Source: an uncultured bacterium (GTDB taxonomy: Bacteria; DAOPZR01). From it: 64,000 nucleotides of DNA. The stretch covers positions 599 through 64,598 of the forward strand of contig CAZWUZ010000001.1 of assembly GCA_964637655.1 (NCBI GenBank), given 5' to 3'. A program made the translations under genes and the position numbers. Below, piece after piece: positions 49,001-57,220 of this stretch (position 1 is its first letter; each line of letters opens with the position of its first letter). A model generated the notes under the pieces. That model saw only the letters and a program-made list of their open reading frames with translations. It was not told the origin of the DNA and did no database searches.

Positions 49001-49628
49001 TCTGCTGCACGCGCACATTGTCGAACAGGCAGTTGCTCACCATCTCCATGAACAGGCCACGCCAGATGTTCCGCACCGTGAGGTTGCGCACGGTGAGCCC
49101 GCTCCGGTTGCTCGCGGCAATACCCGGGGTCCACACCGGTAATCCGGTGAAATTGAACTTGCTCACGAAATCGATGATTGTGGTGGCGGAGTCGGCGCCG
49201 ATCAGCCAGACATTGTTGTCGGTAATCGTGATAGTGCTGGTTTCGGTATACGTGCCGGCATCGACGTACAGCGTGTCGCCCGGATTGAGCAGCGGGACAA
49301 CGCTCAGCAGCGTGCGTTTCGGGGTGGCGGGGGTAATGCCATTGTTGGCGCTGCTGCCGATTGCCGTGCACCAGACGTCACCCGCCGTCGCGGCGTCGTT
49401 GACGTACCAGACCTGCGCCTGCAGGAGCGTGGGTATCAGCACCAGCGACAGGACAAGGCCCAGCCGCACGACGCTCCTGACCTGCGGCAACATGCCCGGC
49501 CATGCCCTCGTTCGCACCGGCGTCTCCCCCGCCTGTTCCTTCAGTTCAGTTCCGCTGACCCGTTGGCCGCGGATGCCGCGCCTGCCGACCCGCGGACTGC
49601 AATCACCCGCGTTCCCGCCCGCTGCCAT
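43068..49628 (-). CDS. giant secreted parallel beta-helix repeat protein with T9SS-type (FlgD-Ig-like) C-terminal sorting domain; likely start at the signal-peptide Met near 49496
   Basis: 2186-aa ORF with many PbH1-like repeats (NxxxxNxxxGIxL). C-terminus VYPNPYVP...SGVYIILLRSGSETATRKVIVVR is CTD-like. Confidence 0.7.
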   Translation of the reverse strand: MAAGGNAGDCSPRVGRRGIRGQRVSGTELKEQAGETPVRTRAWPGMLPQVRSVVRLGLVLSLVLIPTLLQAQVWYVNDAATAGDVWCTAIGSSANNGITPATPKRTLLSVVPLLNPGDTLYVDAGTYTETSTITITDNNVWLIGADSATTIIDFVSKFNFTGLPVWTPGIAASNRSGLTVRNLTVRNIWRGLFMEMVSNCLFDNVRVQQSYWGMMLSTADSVTVRACDFSGNVFGLYLLSATHCLVERTCANGNLYYGINLSSSADNVVSNCQCNSNLDGLGTGDGIYLWDARRNRIEGNDCSGQYTGIRVEQDGGENRLQRNRLAGNTVFGFKLLTAGNLLTANEVQMSQGTAFSADSVASCTFAKNNIAVSGAATAVAVTGLTDTALLSLQRNWWGTTDSGSIAAMGAGADSRVPVLPFRLGPVDTSAGADTIAPAVPDGITVRQQDDTYVINWLATATDEEGGGALTGLAGYRLYCASTADTDYWGEPIATPGSGETSYLDVRPGGNWYYRVTAVDAHAPWPNESWYSVVAGAALTVTAVSPADGMRSSDLTPAFRWTTNGDSSRLEVSTTPSFALLTDSVQTAAMTYTPVANYASGTCYWRVISTRGNAVETTPVQTLTLDTTLTLTLVYPAAEMTIAPSQPVYRWNGQGDTYTLQVSEAASFALLLDSRTVTAQQATAASTLLPGTYYWRVIAENLQGDTLTAAARRFSVAVFADTGAMTVYVSDRGDSSVPGGGDPLTAFGSPAAAIAALNPGNGYDTVIVYSRSDGGAYAGGITLATGMTLRSYRAQAGADTGGGPDTWAALASGSGTVLGLAGGVTVHGIAVRGAGNSEGITATDLDGICLREVQVDGCVTGVRFTRVRNSRIESARLTGNTLWGARLTAACGNSIDSTLFSNNQSALYLEAGSDSNLLRGNEVRQNTMLAICFHNSHGNTAERNYCWQNGEGGFYLSGACDNILRDNISCSHTLNAGSFALYEGSHRNLLTGNASYATNRSGYVLSSAEDNVLRGNYAADNQECGIWVGAYAHRSEISDNRLVDNGQAGIRCEYATGCNLADNRINGNDSTGIEIRTNAHDARITRNLVRGSSGDGISVSGSNNAVITGNDVDACAGYALRLLSPATVRRNNLRPGTLHPDSGAWVALQPQLDISRNYWGTDHAGAIAALIHGPGSESYRLVPFRGATVDTAAAADSIAPAAPAGLAVVVSDSSCTISWAAVTTDEEAGGTFSRATYRVYRTGISDDTGWHQHQVLTTDGTTYVDTGINRLTTYYYRVTAFDTHSADGRVWENESWLSETLCVNGYNRYDGYARTDLIVAAVTATPALLAFGMDATFTATLRNVGSQPFTGPVTVTFSLSADTQPDAGDTVITTVMQPVLAVAAEGEVALSATVSVPHTWAFGVPYRILAVLTAADSVPGNNVGVSAEMVTTAYAHGFTPPVDGWAFANYSGGVVDWTVYRMAFGADQVEYPDGRHRPSADAFYGALPHSFAGSCFGFSLSALRLFNGDTPVPGGAAFTGAAGRTTASLNLINAFHLFQYGTSEFVAYRYAHWASPPPLRTTFTRLCAALSGTDSSAYPELEFFSGVNHSVVPYKVCRAADTAAENYLVYVYENNLPGDEARVFNFNLTGGTWSYLNSPWGTLSGGSSSLLLPPIRLADTRPRIPTAYLDAWPDVDYVQFTNVASFTLLLDGQVAATYADSRLQTASDSVFPLYVPSAPGDTVLAGMLVFGRQPFSISGTTRLEATQPATWRVFRQDRFIVLSATSSGGADTLVFAETECRFRPERVSVVRWQIGQVLGDEEQVFRLTDPAAPAGSELAVGFGDSSALALASTGETHTLTLELERSTPAGSVVRRLDPLLLPAQAAVTLSGIGWQALPTVDLQVATDLAGDGTVDETAPIDAPQVVADTLVVLARTTRDDTATFLLVTDSGGSMAVDIPVYSQLAGDYGDTLRLQIELAGADTGQRIGIRRVDPDSFTRRGLREYAAYLSTVFGLEVSDSAGRDLGSRPASFRTLTLTYTFAPGRLTRAQAEQLRFYTYDETSVSWQEAGTTTFDWDARTLIVQLPHLSIYGLFPGAGFAAPAADLRNAVVYPNPYVPHDGDPGNGIPYGSPGDGSGIYLNGLVPGTQVDIYDVRGRLIDRISVPEGTGAVQWDVRNTAGEDVASGVYIILLRSGSETATRKVIVVR

Positions 49629-49639
49629 CCACTACGTTG

Positions 49640-49668
49640 AATATACCACGTTTTCCTATGTATGTCAA
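49640..49668 (-). promoter_or_regulatory. sigma70-like promoter TTGACA-N17-TATATT with conserved core TTGACATACATAG
   Basis: Fourth copy of the 13-bp core, directly upstream of the giant gene. Confidence 0.45.
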
Positions 49669-49676
49669 GGTATTAT

Positions 49677-51326
49677 TCACCAGGTGACGCGCCACGGCTC
49701 GGCATAGCAGCGCGGTGGGAACAGTTTGGGCATATCGGGATAGGCGAGTTGCACTTCGCGACGCGCCATATCGACCGTAAGCGGCGTGCCGGTCAGCGGA
49801 TTGCGGTATTCCGGTTGCCCGGCCAGCGTCGCGGGCGCGCCATCGCGCAGGGCGAGGGCCAACAGCAGCGCCCGCGCCTTCCCCCGCAGCAGTTCACGCG
49901 CACGCACCGGGAGAAAGGAATACCTTATCCTGTGTGTGCGCATCAGGTTGAACAGCATGTTTGTCGGCATATCCCAGAACCCGGCCGTGAACACCCTGTC
50001 TCCGCGCTCCTCCTCCTGGCGTTCCAGCCGCTGGTACTCGGCAACCGCTTCCGGGAAGGGGAGCGCCAGCAACCTGCGGATGGCATGCAACTGCCGCTCA
50101 TGCTCGATTTCCACACGTACCGGGTCAAAGAGCAGCAACTGCGTGGCCTTCGCGCTTATGTCCAGCGCCCCTTCTTCTGCCCATTCCGCCGAACTGTCGG
50201 TAAGGTATGCGTATTGGAAATAGTCATCACGGTCATGCAAGAGTGCCGCATGATCGGCAACGCTGTCGCTTTTCGCCATCAACCGTTCCAGCACCTCACG
50301 CAGGCGCGTCTGATCGCCATGCCGTGCCGCCGCCAGCCAGCGGCGCGCTGCTTCCATCCCCAACTCATCGATTGAATGAGCGTAAAGCATCTGATTGTAT
50401 TTGTCAGCCCCGACACGCATGGCATCTGCCAGCGCGAAACACTGCATCGCCTGTTCGTACGCCGCAACGTTGCGGCCGTCCGCGATCAGCACACGCGCTT
50501 TCGTCGTCAGCAGGTGGCGCACATAATTGAAACCGTACCATTCCGACCGGCGGGCGCCCCACTCGGGCAGTACGTATCCCGGCACCGTCATCCGTTGCAT
50601 GATGTCAGCGTACGTATCCTGCCAGTCGGCATGACGGGCGCGCAGTACCGCCAGCGGAATGCTCTCTGCTTCGCATTCCTTGAACACGGTATCGTTGCGC
50701 ACCTGATACCCGATATCCGCAAGACGCGCGTGCAGTTCACTGGTGCGTGCCTGCGCCTCGACTGTCGGCGGAGCGATCGTGCGGAACAACCCCTCGGGCT
50801 GCGGCTGCGGGCCAAGCGCCTGATATGCCCACCAGCCGAAGCCAACGATGCCAACCGGAATCATGCTGACCGTGCATCCGTAGAACAGCGCGTTGAACAC
50901 ACGAGCGCGCGGCCCGCTTTTCGCAAACCATGCTGCCCGATGGCGCAGGTAGAGCGGAACCGTGATGATGCCCGCGGCAACCGTCACACCGGCAGTCCAG
51001 TACGAGCCCGCCATCAGGTCAAGCATGGTAATCAGCATACCCGGCATATAGAATATAAACAGTCCCCCGGGCGGTATGATCTGCCTGCGGCTGTTCCATA
51101 GTCGCGGCAGCACCCGATCGATCACGCTCATAGTGAGTATCCCGGTGAACACAATCCAGAGCAGCACCTGCCGGTCTTCAACCAGCGCGAACGCCAGCAG
51201 AAAGACACCTATGACCGCCAGCATCGACGCTGCATCCGCATACTCGCGCCAATGCTTCACCATATGCTGTTTTGCCCCGGTTAGCATGCCCATCTTCCTG
51301 CGCAGGTCATTCCCGCCGCCTCCCAT
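49677..51326 (-). CDS. membrane protein with large helical cytoplasmic or periplasmic domain (ORF to 51419)
   Basis: N-terminal 5-6 TM helices followed by an alpha-helical region. Confidence 0.45.
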   Translation of the reverse strand: MGGGGNDLRRKMGMLTGAKQHMVKHWREYADAASMLAVIGVFLLAFALVEDRQVLLWIVFTGILTMSVIDRVLPRLWNSRRQIIPPGGLFIFYMPGMLITMLDLMAGSYWTAGVTVAAGIITVPLYLRHRAAWFAKSGPRARVFNALFYGCTVSMIPVGIVGFGWWAYQALGPQPQPEGLFRTIAPPTVEAQARTSELHARLADIGYQVRNDTVFKECEAESIPLAVLRARHADWQDTYADIMQRMTVPGYVLPEWGARRSEWYGFNYVRHLLTTKARVLIADGRNVAAYEQAMQCFALADAMRVGADKYNQMLYAHSIDELGMEAARRWLAAARHGDQTRLREVLERLMAKSDSVADHAALLHDRDDYFQYAYLTDSSAEWAEEGALDISAKATQLLLFDPVRVEIEHERQLHAIRRLLALPFPEAVAEYQRLERQEEERGDRVFTAGFWDMPTNMLFNLMRTHRIRYSFLPVRARELLRGKARALLLALALRDGAPATLAGQPEYRNPLTGTPLTVDMARREVQLAYPDMPKLFPPRCYAEPWRVTW

Positions 51327-51328
51327 CA

Positions 51329-52045
51329 TCAGACGATATAGTGATACAGGTAGATGCGGCCTGTCCGCTTGTTGACGTATACGCGAACTCCTCGCGATTC
51401 GCGAACAGTGCAGCACCACACGTTATAATCCTCCGCTGGCCCGGGCAAAAACCATGGCAGCGATGTGTTATTTTCAAACCGCCAGTTCGATGTTGTGGTT
51501 TCAGCGCGGTTGTCCGACAGAAATTGTGCGGTCCATTCCGGCGGCGCCTGAATTTCAAAATGATATATATGCTCTTCCGTCCAGTGCGCTGACCCCCAGT
51601 AGCGCGAATGGCATACCGTTATCTCCGGCGGCTGTTCCTCCTGGAATGCACGATACCAGTTGCGCGGGTCATCATCCCAGGTGCCCGCACCAATATAGAA
51701 ACTCTCAGTGAATAGAACGATAGTAAGCAGCAGTATTCCCAGCGCAATTCCGGGCAGCGCTACGAGGTTCAGCACGAGCGCAACGCGCGCACTGCACCTG
51801 CGGTCCTTGGCCACAATCAGGAACATGGTGAGTGCCGCCATAATCACCCAGAACAGCCAGGGCGAGGCATACGCCACTCGTCCAAAATACGTGAGTTCGC
51901 CACCTGCCTTTTCGTGGAGCGCCTGCATCGGCAGCACAATGTAAAGCGTCCATGCCAGTCCGCCCCCCATGGCGAGTATGTTGATAGTGCTCAGTATCCT
52001 GTTCACCATGTGCAACCTGCCGCGCACACCGCCGGCCTCGCTCAC
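51329..52045 (-). CDS. polytopic membrane protein (238 aa)
   Basis: Six TM helices; 4-nt overlap with the upstream gene. Confidence 0.45.
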   Translation of the reverse strand: MSEAGGVRGRLHMVNRILSTINILAMGGGLAWTLYIVLPMQALHEKAGGELTYFGRVAYASPWLFWVIMAALTMFLIVAKDRRCSARVALVLNLVALPGIALGILLLTIVLFTESFYIGAGTWDDDPRNWYRAFQEEQPPEITVCHSRYWGSAHWTEEHIYHFEIQAPPEWTAQFLSDNRAETTTSNWRFENNTSLPWFLPGPAEDYNVWCCTVRESRGVRVYVNKRTGRIYLYHYIV

Positions 52046-54165
52046 GGAATGCGCTCCGGCGTGTCGCTGCTCGAACCGAAACGGATGGGCGCGGACGAGT
52101 AGCTGAACTGTAATGCAAAAGGATTGCTGCTGTCACTCTCTGCGGCAAACGAGATGCCCGCACCGCGCAGAGCCAGGACACGTTGCCGGGCGCCACCCGC
52201 GACGCTGACTTGATACTCGCCTTCTTTCGGAAAGTGTATCCGCACAAATTCGTCATCACCCCGCAACACATAACGCCCCCGTTCCTGCCGGCCGCTGCTG
52301 CCGGTTATCGCCAATCCGGTCCCGACATACCTTTCGGTCGCGGTCACGACCATTCCCGCGGGAAAGTCCCCCTGTCCCGAGTAAACTTTCCCCGCGTAAA
52401 CGGCATCCGCCACCGGCGTCAGCGTGCCATCCCCGCCGGCGATAGTTTTGCTTACGATGACCGCACCGGGAACCATGAATTCATTGCTGTCCGACTCAGC
52501 GGGACTGTTCCCGAACGCGAATCCGCCAAGCACAACAATCACCGCCAGCGTGAGCGCAAATCTCCGCCACTGTTGCCGGGCGGAATCAACAGCCGCAGCG
52601 GCAGGGGCACTCTCCGCTGCCGGGGGCGCGCTCTCCGGTACTGCCGGCGCGCGCATGGCCATCACCGTATCCACCAGCACCGGGGAGATGCTCCACAATT
52701 GCACAAGGCACAGAAGCCAAAGCGCGATGAGTATCACTACCGCCAGCGACATAAACAACAGTGACTGCGGATAGCCGAAGCCAAAAAGCAATACCGTACC
52801 GGCAATGCCAAGCCACAGCGGAGCACGGTGCCAGTCGGGCACCGGCAATGCCCGCCGCCCGTGCCGATACTGCGCGGTCAGCAGCAACACAAAGGCGGCG
52901 GCGAGAAATACCGCCGCATCAACAGTAACGTTTCGCAGGCCCGTTCCCTGCTCAGCCGCCCTGCCCACAGTTTCGTAGTGCCTGTGCAACAGCGCGACAA
53001 GGATTGCGCCGTGCACCACCAGAGAACCAGCCGCCCACAACGTCAGCCGGCGCAGCAGGGCAATGCGCTCGTTGCGCCGCGCGGCCGACTCACGTCCGTC
53101 CGTCGGCTCTTCCTTTTCGCGCTGCCGTATGCGTTCTGCCGCGGCACGCCAATGACCGATGGCGGATATCTGGCTGATGACCGCACAATAGACCGCCGCC
53201 TGCAACATGAGCGATGCTGCGTCCGTCGCCAGCAACACCCCGGCAAGAAACAGCATGCCGCTTATCGCAATGAACGCCGCGCACCACGCGTCCAGCAGGC
53301 GCCCTTTGCTGTGCCGCTGCGCTGCGTGCGGCTGCAGCCGGCGCTGCATGTTCCGATATGCCCAGGTGCCGCCCAGGGTCAGCAGCCATGCCCCGATGAG
53401 CCACAGTTCTTCGCCAGCATACGCAAGGAAGGAAGTCGTCGGCTGCATGGCCCTGAGGCAGTTGAGCATCATGGCGCCAGCCGCTACGCTGCAGAGCATC
53501 AGGTGCAACGTGGTATGCTCGCAGGGAAGTTGCTGTTCAGGCGGCACCGCCCGCTGCAACCTGCCGGCCGGCTTGCTGCCAGCGGAATCGGTACGCGTCG
53601 CAGCAAATGCTTCAACCACACCGCTGATGACCAGCACAAACCCCGCAATGCCACACGCCAGAGCAAGCAGGCCGCCGATAACGGTTCCACAAAAGTACAG
53701 GAAGCCACGTCCGAATACTGAGTGCTCCGGCGCTGTGTCGAGCGAGAAGATCCGTGCTTCCATATCACCCTGCACACGCAGCGTGTACGTGCCCGGCTGA
53801 ATCACCTCAAAGTAGCCGACACTAGTCTTGTCCCGACCGTTGATGGAGAATGTCGTGCCGGTTTTCCCGACCAGCGGAACGCTGCTGTTCGTGTCCTGCC
53901 CGGTCAGCGTGAATTCCAGTCCGTGCGGCAGTTCGCTGCCAAGCGCGTAGACGCGCCCGTCATGCACCGTGCGATAGTTGTACCAGAGGAAATACCGGCC
54001 TGCCTCGCTCGCAACGAGCGAGGCTTCGCCCGGCGCGCGCATGACAATTTCGTTTTCCCCCGTCAGTTCCGGCATAAGTACTGGAGTAATTACCGCGATG
54101 GGCAGCACTACTGTTGCCGCCATCAGCAGCAGCCCTATGCCGATTTTTTTCATTCCCTTCTTCAT
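52042..54165 (-). CDS. large envelope protein: signal peptide, beta domain, about 10 TM helices, C-terminal beta domain; paralog of 60073..61701
   Basis: MKKGMKKIGIGLLLMAATVVL signal. C-terminal TLTPVADAVYAGKVYSGQGDFPAGMVVTATERYVGTGLAITGSSGRQERGRYVL is conserved in the paralog. Ends SDTPERIP. Confidence 0.55.
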   Translation of the reverse strand: MKKGMKKIGIGLLLMAATVVLPIAVITPVLMPELTGENEIVMRAPGEASLVASEAGRYFLWYNYRTVHDGRVYALGSELPHGLEFTLTGQDTNSSVPLVGKTGTTFSINGRDKTSVGYFEVIQPGTYTLRVQGDMEARIFSLDTAPEHSVFGRGFLYFCGTVIGGLLALACGIAGFVLVISGVVEAFAATRTDSAGSKPAGRLQRAVPPEQQLPCEHTTLHLMLCSVAAGAMMLNCLRAMQPTTSFLAYAGEELWLIGAWLLTLGGTWAYRNMQRRLQPHAAQRHSKGRLLDAWCAAFIAISGMLFLAGVLLATDAASLMLQAAVYCAVISQISAIGHWRAAAERIRQREKEEPTDGRESAARRNERIALLRRLTLWAAGSLVVHGAILVALLHRHYETVGRAAEQGTGLRNVTVDAAVFLAAAFVLLLTAQYRHGRRALPVPDWHRAPLWLGIAGTVLLFGFGYPQSLLFMSLAVVILIALWLLCLVQLWSISPVLVDTVMAMRAPAVPESAPPAAESAPAAAAVDSARQQWRRFALTLAVIVVLGGFAFGNSPAESDSNEFMVPGAVIVSKTIAGGDGTLTPVADAVYAGKVYSGQGDFPAGMVVTATERYVGTGLAITGSSGRQERGRYVLRGDDEFVRIHFPKEGEYQVSVAGGARQRVLALRGAGISFAAESDSSNPFALQFSYSSAPIRFGSSSDTPERIP

Positions 54166-54217
54166 TGCCTGGCCTCACGGTGGTCATTTTCGACAGTAGC
54201 ATAGTGTTGTCTGCGAC

Positions 54218-54829
54218 TCACGGGATGCGCTCCGGCGTGTCGCTGCCTGACACCAGGCGAATGGTCCCCGGCGTGTAGTCGCGGTAGAGTTTACCACGGC
54301 CATGCACCGTTTGCAGTGTGTAGGCAGCACCATCAGTCGTGTACGTGTACTGATTGTCCCACGGATCGGGAGTAATGGTGGCCAGATAGGGGCCGGACCA
54401 GCCGGGGGCATTGTCGGAATAGAGTTGCAGCAGCGTGGCTGGATACGTGCCTGTCGAAACATCGGTGCGGTACTGTTGCAGTTCTTTTGCGTAGTTGGTC
54501 AGGTCAGCCTCCGCGCCAATACATTTCATACTGTCGATGGTGATGAACAACTGTTGGAAAAAGAATGCCAGCCCGTACCATGCCACCACAACTGCCAGCG
54601 CGGCAAACAGCACACCCCTTCTTTTCTGCCGTTCGCGCCATGCCGAATATCCCGTGGTCAGCAACAGCACGAACATGAGGGGTGGCAGTCCCATGGCGCC
54701 CAGAAACCAGATGTGGCGCAATTGCACCGGAATGGCTTGCTGGATTCCGTACGAAGTTGTGCAGACCGCCAGCGTCACAGCCACTGCCGCGAGCCATAGC
54801 CATATGCCGTATGCTTTGCCGTCGCGCAC
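54218..54829 (-). CDS. GspG-like pilin-domain membrane protein (polytopic N-terminus)
   Basis: LQQYRTDVSTGTYPATLLQLYSDNAPGWSGPYLATITPDPWDNQYTYTTDGAAYTL. Three N-terminal TM helices; ends SDTPERIP. Confidence 0.6.
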   Translation of the reverse strand: MRDGKAYGIWLWLAAVAVTLAVCTTSYGIQQAIPVQLRHIWFLGAMGLPPLMFVLLLTTGYSAWRERQKRRGVLFAALAVVVAWYGLAFFFQQLFITIDSMKCIGAEADLTNYAKELQQYRTDVSTGTYPATLLQLYSDNAPGWSGPYLATITPDPWDNQYTYTTDGAAYTLQTVHGRGKLYRDYTPGTIRLVSGSDTPERIP

Positions 54830-54898
54830 TATCTTCTCCTTACCAGCGGACGATCAGGCAGTTGCCAAGCCGCAAGTCGATAAGGCCGATGGCCACTT

Positions 54899-55501
54899 TC
54901 AATCATCGTATTCCTGCCAGGTCGTAGTGTCACTGCTGTGGCGGGTGATAACCTCAGTCGTCTGTGTCCGCCAATATTGCCTGGGCGTGCGATGGACCGT
55001 ACTGATAGTGAACGAACTGCCGTCTGATTGATAACTGTACTGATTGTCCCACGGGTCGGTGGTAATGACGGCTGTGTAGGGGCCGGACCAGCCGGGCACA
55101 TTGTCGGCAACAAGCTGCTGCAGCGTAGCGGGATACCTGCTGTCCGTAACATCGGTTCGGTACAGATTCAATGCCTCAGCATGCGCAGCCAGGGTGCCGC
55201 GGGCGGCATCGCATCGCCGCGCTTCTTGCGTCTTGACTAGTTGATCCACAAAGACCATGCCGATGCCGTACAGTACCAGCAAAGCGATGCCCAGACGAAA
55301 CATAAAACGCTTGAGCCACGGCCAATCTTTGCACCGTATACGAACAACCACGCCAGCGATCTCCCGATACGCAATGGCTGCCAGCAATAATGGAAATGCT
55401 ATCATGCACAGCCATACGCCAACATTTTGTATTATGTCCACTCCTTCTCCTCCTGCCATCCGCTTGCACAGCCGCAACGTATCCCCGGGTGCAATCGGCA
55501 C
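54899..55501 (-). CDS. GspG-like pilin-domain membrane protein
   Basis: ALNLYRTDVTDSRYPATLQQLVADNVPGWSGPYTAVITTDPWDNQYSYQSDGSSFTI. Confidence 0.6.
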   Translation of the reverse strand: MPIAPGDTLRLCKRMAGGEGVDIIQNVGVWLCMIAFPLLLAAIAYREIAGVVVRIRCKDWPWLKRFMFRLGIALLVLYGIGMVFVDQLVKTQEARRCDAARGTLAAHAEALNLYRTDVTDSRYPATLQQLVADNVPGWSGPYTAVITTDPWDNQYSYQSDGSSFTISTVHRTPRQYWRTQTTEVITRHSSDTTTWQEYDD

Positions 55502-55517
55502 ATTGCTGTATGGCTCC

Positions 55518-56078
55518 TTACCAGCAGACGATCAGATAGCCGCGTCTGGTCGCGGCTTGATACATGATATAGGTCTTCATGTTGTTATCCGTTTTGGCAA
55601 TATAGGCATCGGCGCCAGCCAGCGTCGCCGGTTGCCACCAGCCCGGCACGCGTCCGCTGCTCCCCGGCAACGGTACGACATATTGCCAGTCGTCTGCCCG
55701 GTACACCGCTATCACCATGCGTCCGCCATGCGCCATGACACGATACGGTCCGGCCGCACGTCTGGCCGCCACCAGGCCGGCAATATCCTCGCTGTCTGCC
55801 GTGAATGAGAACCATTCCGAGGTCCTTCTGCCTGATACCGTCACGCTCTGCACATCGCGAATCGACGTATAGTCCCGGAATTCTCCGAATTCGCGCAACC
55901 TGCCGTACGCAGCAGGCCCTTCCTTCGCACTGAGGTATTCCGCATGCCTTTGCGCCCGGCCTGTTGCGTATTTCTGCAGCAGATACTGGCTGCCGGCGCC
56001 CAGAACCGCCATTGCCAGCAGATAGAGACAGATTCGCCGTGCATTATTCTTCATGTGTTCACCGACTCCAGCCAGCAC
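55518..56078 (-). CDS. secreted protein, WW-LxGAD paralog family
   Basis: Signal peptide. C-terminal RVPGWWQPATLAGADAYIAK is similar to 12642..13247 and 56051..56581. Confidence 0.5.
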   Translation of the reverse strand: MLAGVGEHMKNNARRICLYLLAMAVLGAGSQYLLQKYATGRAQRHAEYLSAKEGPAAYGRLREFGEFRDYTSIRDVQSVTVSGRRTSEWFSFTADSEDIAGLVAARRAAGPYRVMAHGGRMVIAVYRADDWQYVVPLPGSSGRVPGWWQPATLAGADAYIAKTDNNMKTYIMYQAATRRGYLIVCW

Positions 56079-56581
56079 TGGTTTTTAGCCGGCAGCCAAA
56101 GCAGGTTGCAGGATGACGTCCGGTACAATATCGCCCCCTCGAGTTCTTCCGGGCGCCACCAGGGCGGTACATGTCCGCCGAATTCCATCGACAGTGTATC
56201 GGTAATTCCCCAGTTCTGCGGCACCCCGTTGAACACTGTCTGATAGCCGTAGGTGACCGGCTGACCGTTTACCAATGATACGTTCGCCGTATCAGAAAGT
56301 TGCAGCACGGTGACAATCGCCGCGAAATCGTTGCGCGCACAGTTGAACCTGTACCACTCCACCCCGTCCTGAAACTGGAATACCCTGTACGACTCGACCC
56401 CCTCCAGAGTGCGGAAGTTGTCGATCAGCACGATGTGTTTCAGGTCGTCGGCTGCTTCCGCCCCGCTCGCCTGGGACACGTGTGCCATGAACAGCCCCGT
56501 CACCATCGTGTACATCGAGAATCCGATAAGACCGGCGAAAAACGCCAGGCCACCGAGTACAAATCTGGCAGTCCGGCTCAT
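56051..56581 (-). CDS. N-terminally anchored protein, WW-LxGA paralog family (ORF to 56614)
   Basis: TM helix FVLGGLAFFAGLIGF. C-terminal HVPPWWRPEELEGAILY. Confidence 0.5.
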   Translation of the reverse strand: MSRTARFVLGGLAFFAGLIGFSMYTMVTGLFMAHVSQASGAEAADDLKHIVLIDNFRTLEGVESYRVFQFQDGVEWYRFNCARNDFAAIVTVLQLSDTANVSLVNGQPVTYGYQTVFNGVPQNWGITDTLSMEFGGHVPPWWRPEELEGAILYRTSSCNLLWLPAKNQCWLESVNT

Positions 56582-57189
56582 TCGCGCACCGCCCGCGCGA
56601 ATTCGTCGTAGCATTCCCGCAGCGCCTGCCGCGTAAAGACCCGCGATTCGTCACGTGCCTGCTCGAAGATTTCCAGCGTGACGTCGCTCCCCCCCTGCAC
56701 GATCAGGTACGACTGCAGGCCCGGCTGGTCCATGTACTTCTCCAGCACCAGTTGCGTCTCGCCCGGACCGGCCGCAGCGCGCGTGATCTGCCCGCGCTCA
56801 TGTCCGAACCCGTATTCGCTCCCCAGCCCGACCAGCACGCGCGTTTGCGTGATATTGGGCGCGCTGAAATCGCTGAAAAAGCCGTTGGACGGAATGCGGA
56901 ACTGCCCCGCCGGCGGCTCGCCCGGCTCCCCGTTGCTGACCTCCAGCCGTATGGCGAAGGTCTTTCCGCCTTCCGACTGGATAACCCAGCGCGGCGTCTG
57001 CGCGAGATACTGTTCGAGCCGGGCGCGCTGTGCGGTTGTGAGCCCGGCGAACAACGGGTTGCCGACCGCGAAACGCGCCGCGGGCGGAGTTGTTTTCGGA
57101 TAGTCCGGCCCGAGCACCCCGCAGGCCGTCAGCAGCATCAATGCGGCAGTTCCGCCCAGCAGCGTCAGGCCCGCCCGCCAACCCGTCAT
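56578..57189 (-). CDS. lipoprotein (203 aa)
   Basis: MTGWRAGLTLLGGTAALMLLTACG lipobox. Confidence 0.5.
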   Translation of the reverse strand: MTGWRAGLTLLGGTAALMLLTACGVLGPDYPKTTPPAARFAVGNPLFAGLTTAQRARLEQYLAQTPRWVIQSEGGKTFAIRLEVSNGEPGEPPAGQFRIPSNGFFSDFSAPNITQTRVLVGLGSEYGFGHERGQITRAAAGPGETQLVLEKYMDQPGLQSYLIVQGGSDVTLEIFEQARDESRVFTRQALRECYDEFARAVRE

Positions 57190-57220
57190 GGTTGCCTCCC
57201 GTTCATCCGGATTATGTACC

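Noticed and set aside
49496-49628. Annotated start of the giant protein at 49628, which would be almost leaderless relative to the predicted -10
   Set aside because: The first 44 residues lack signal-peptide character. The Met at about 49496 precedes a clear signal peptide, so the real start is more likely there with a ~140-nt leader.
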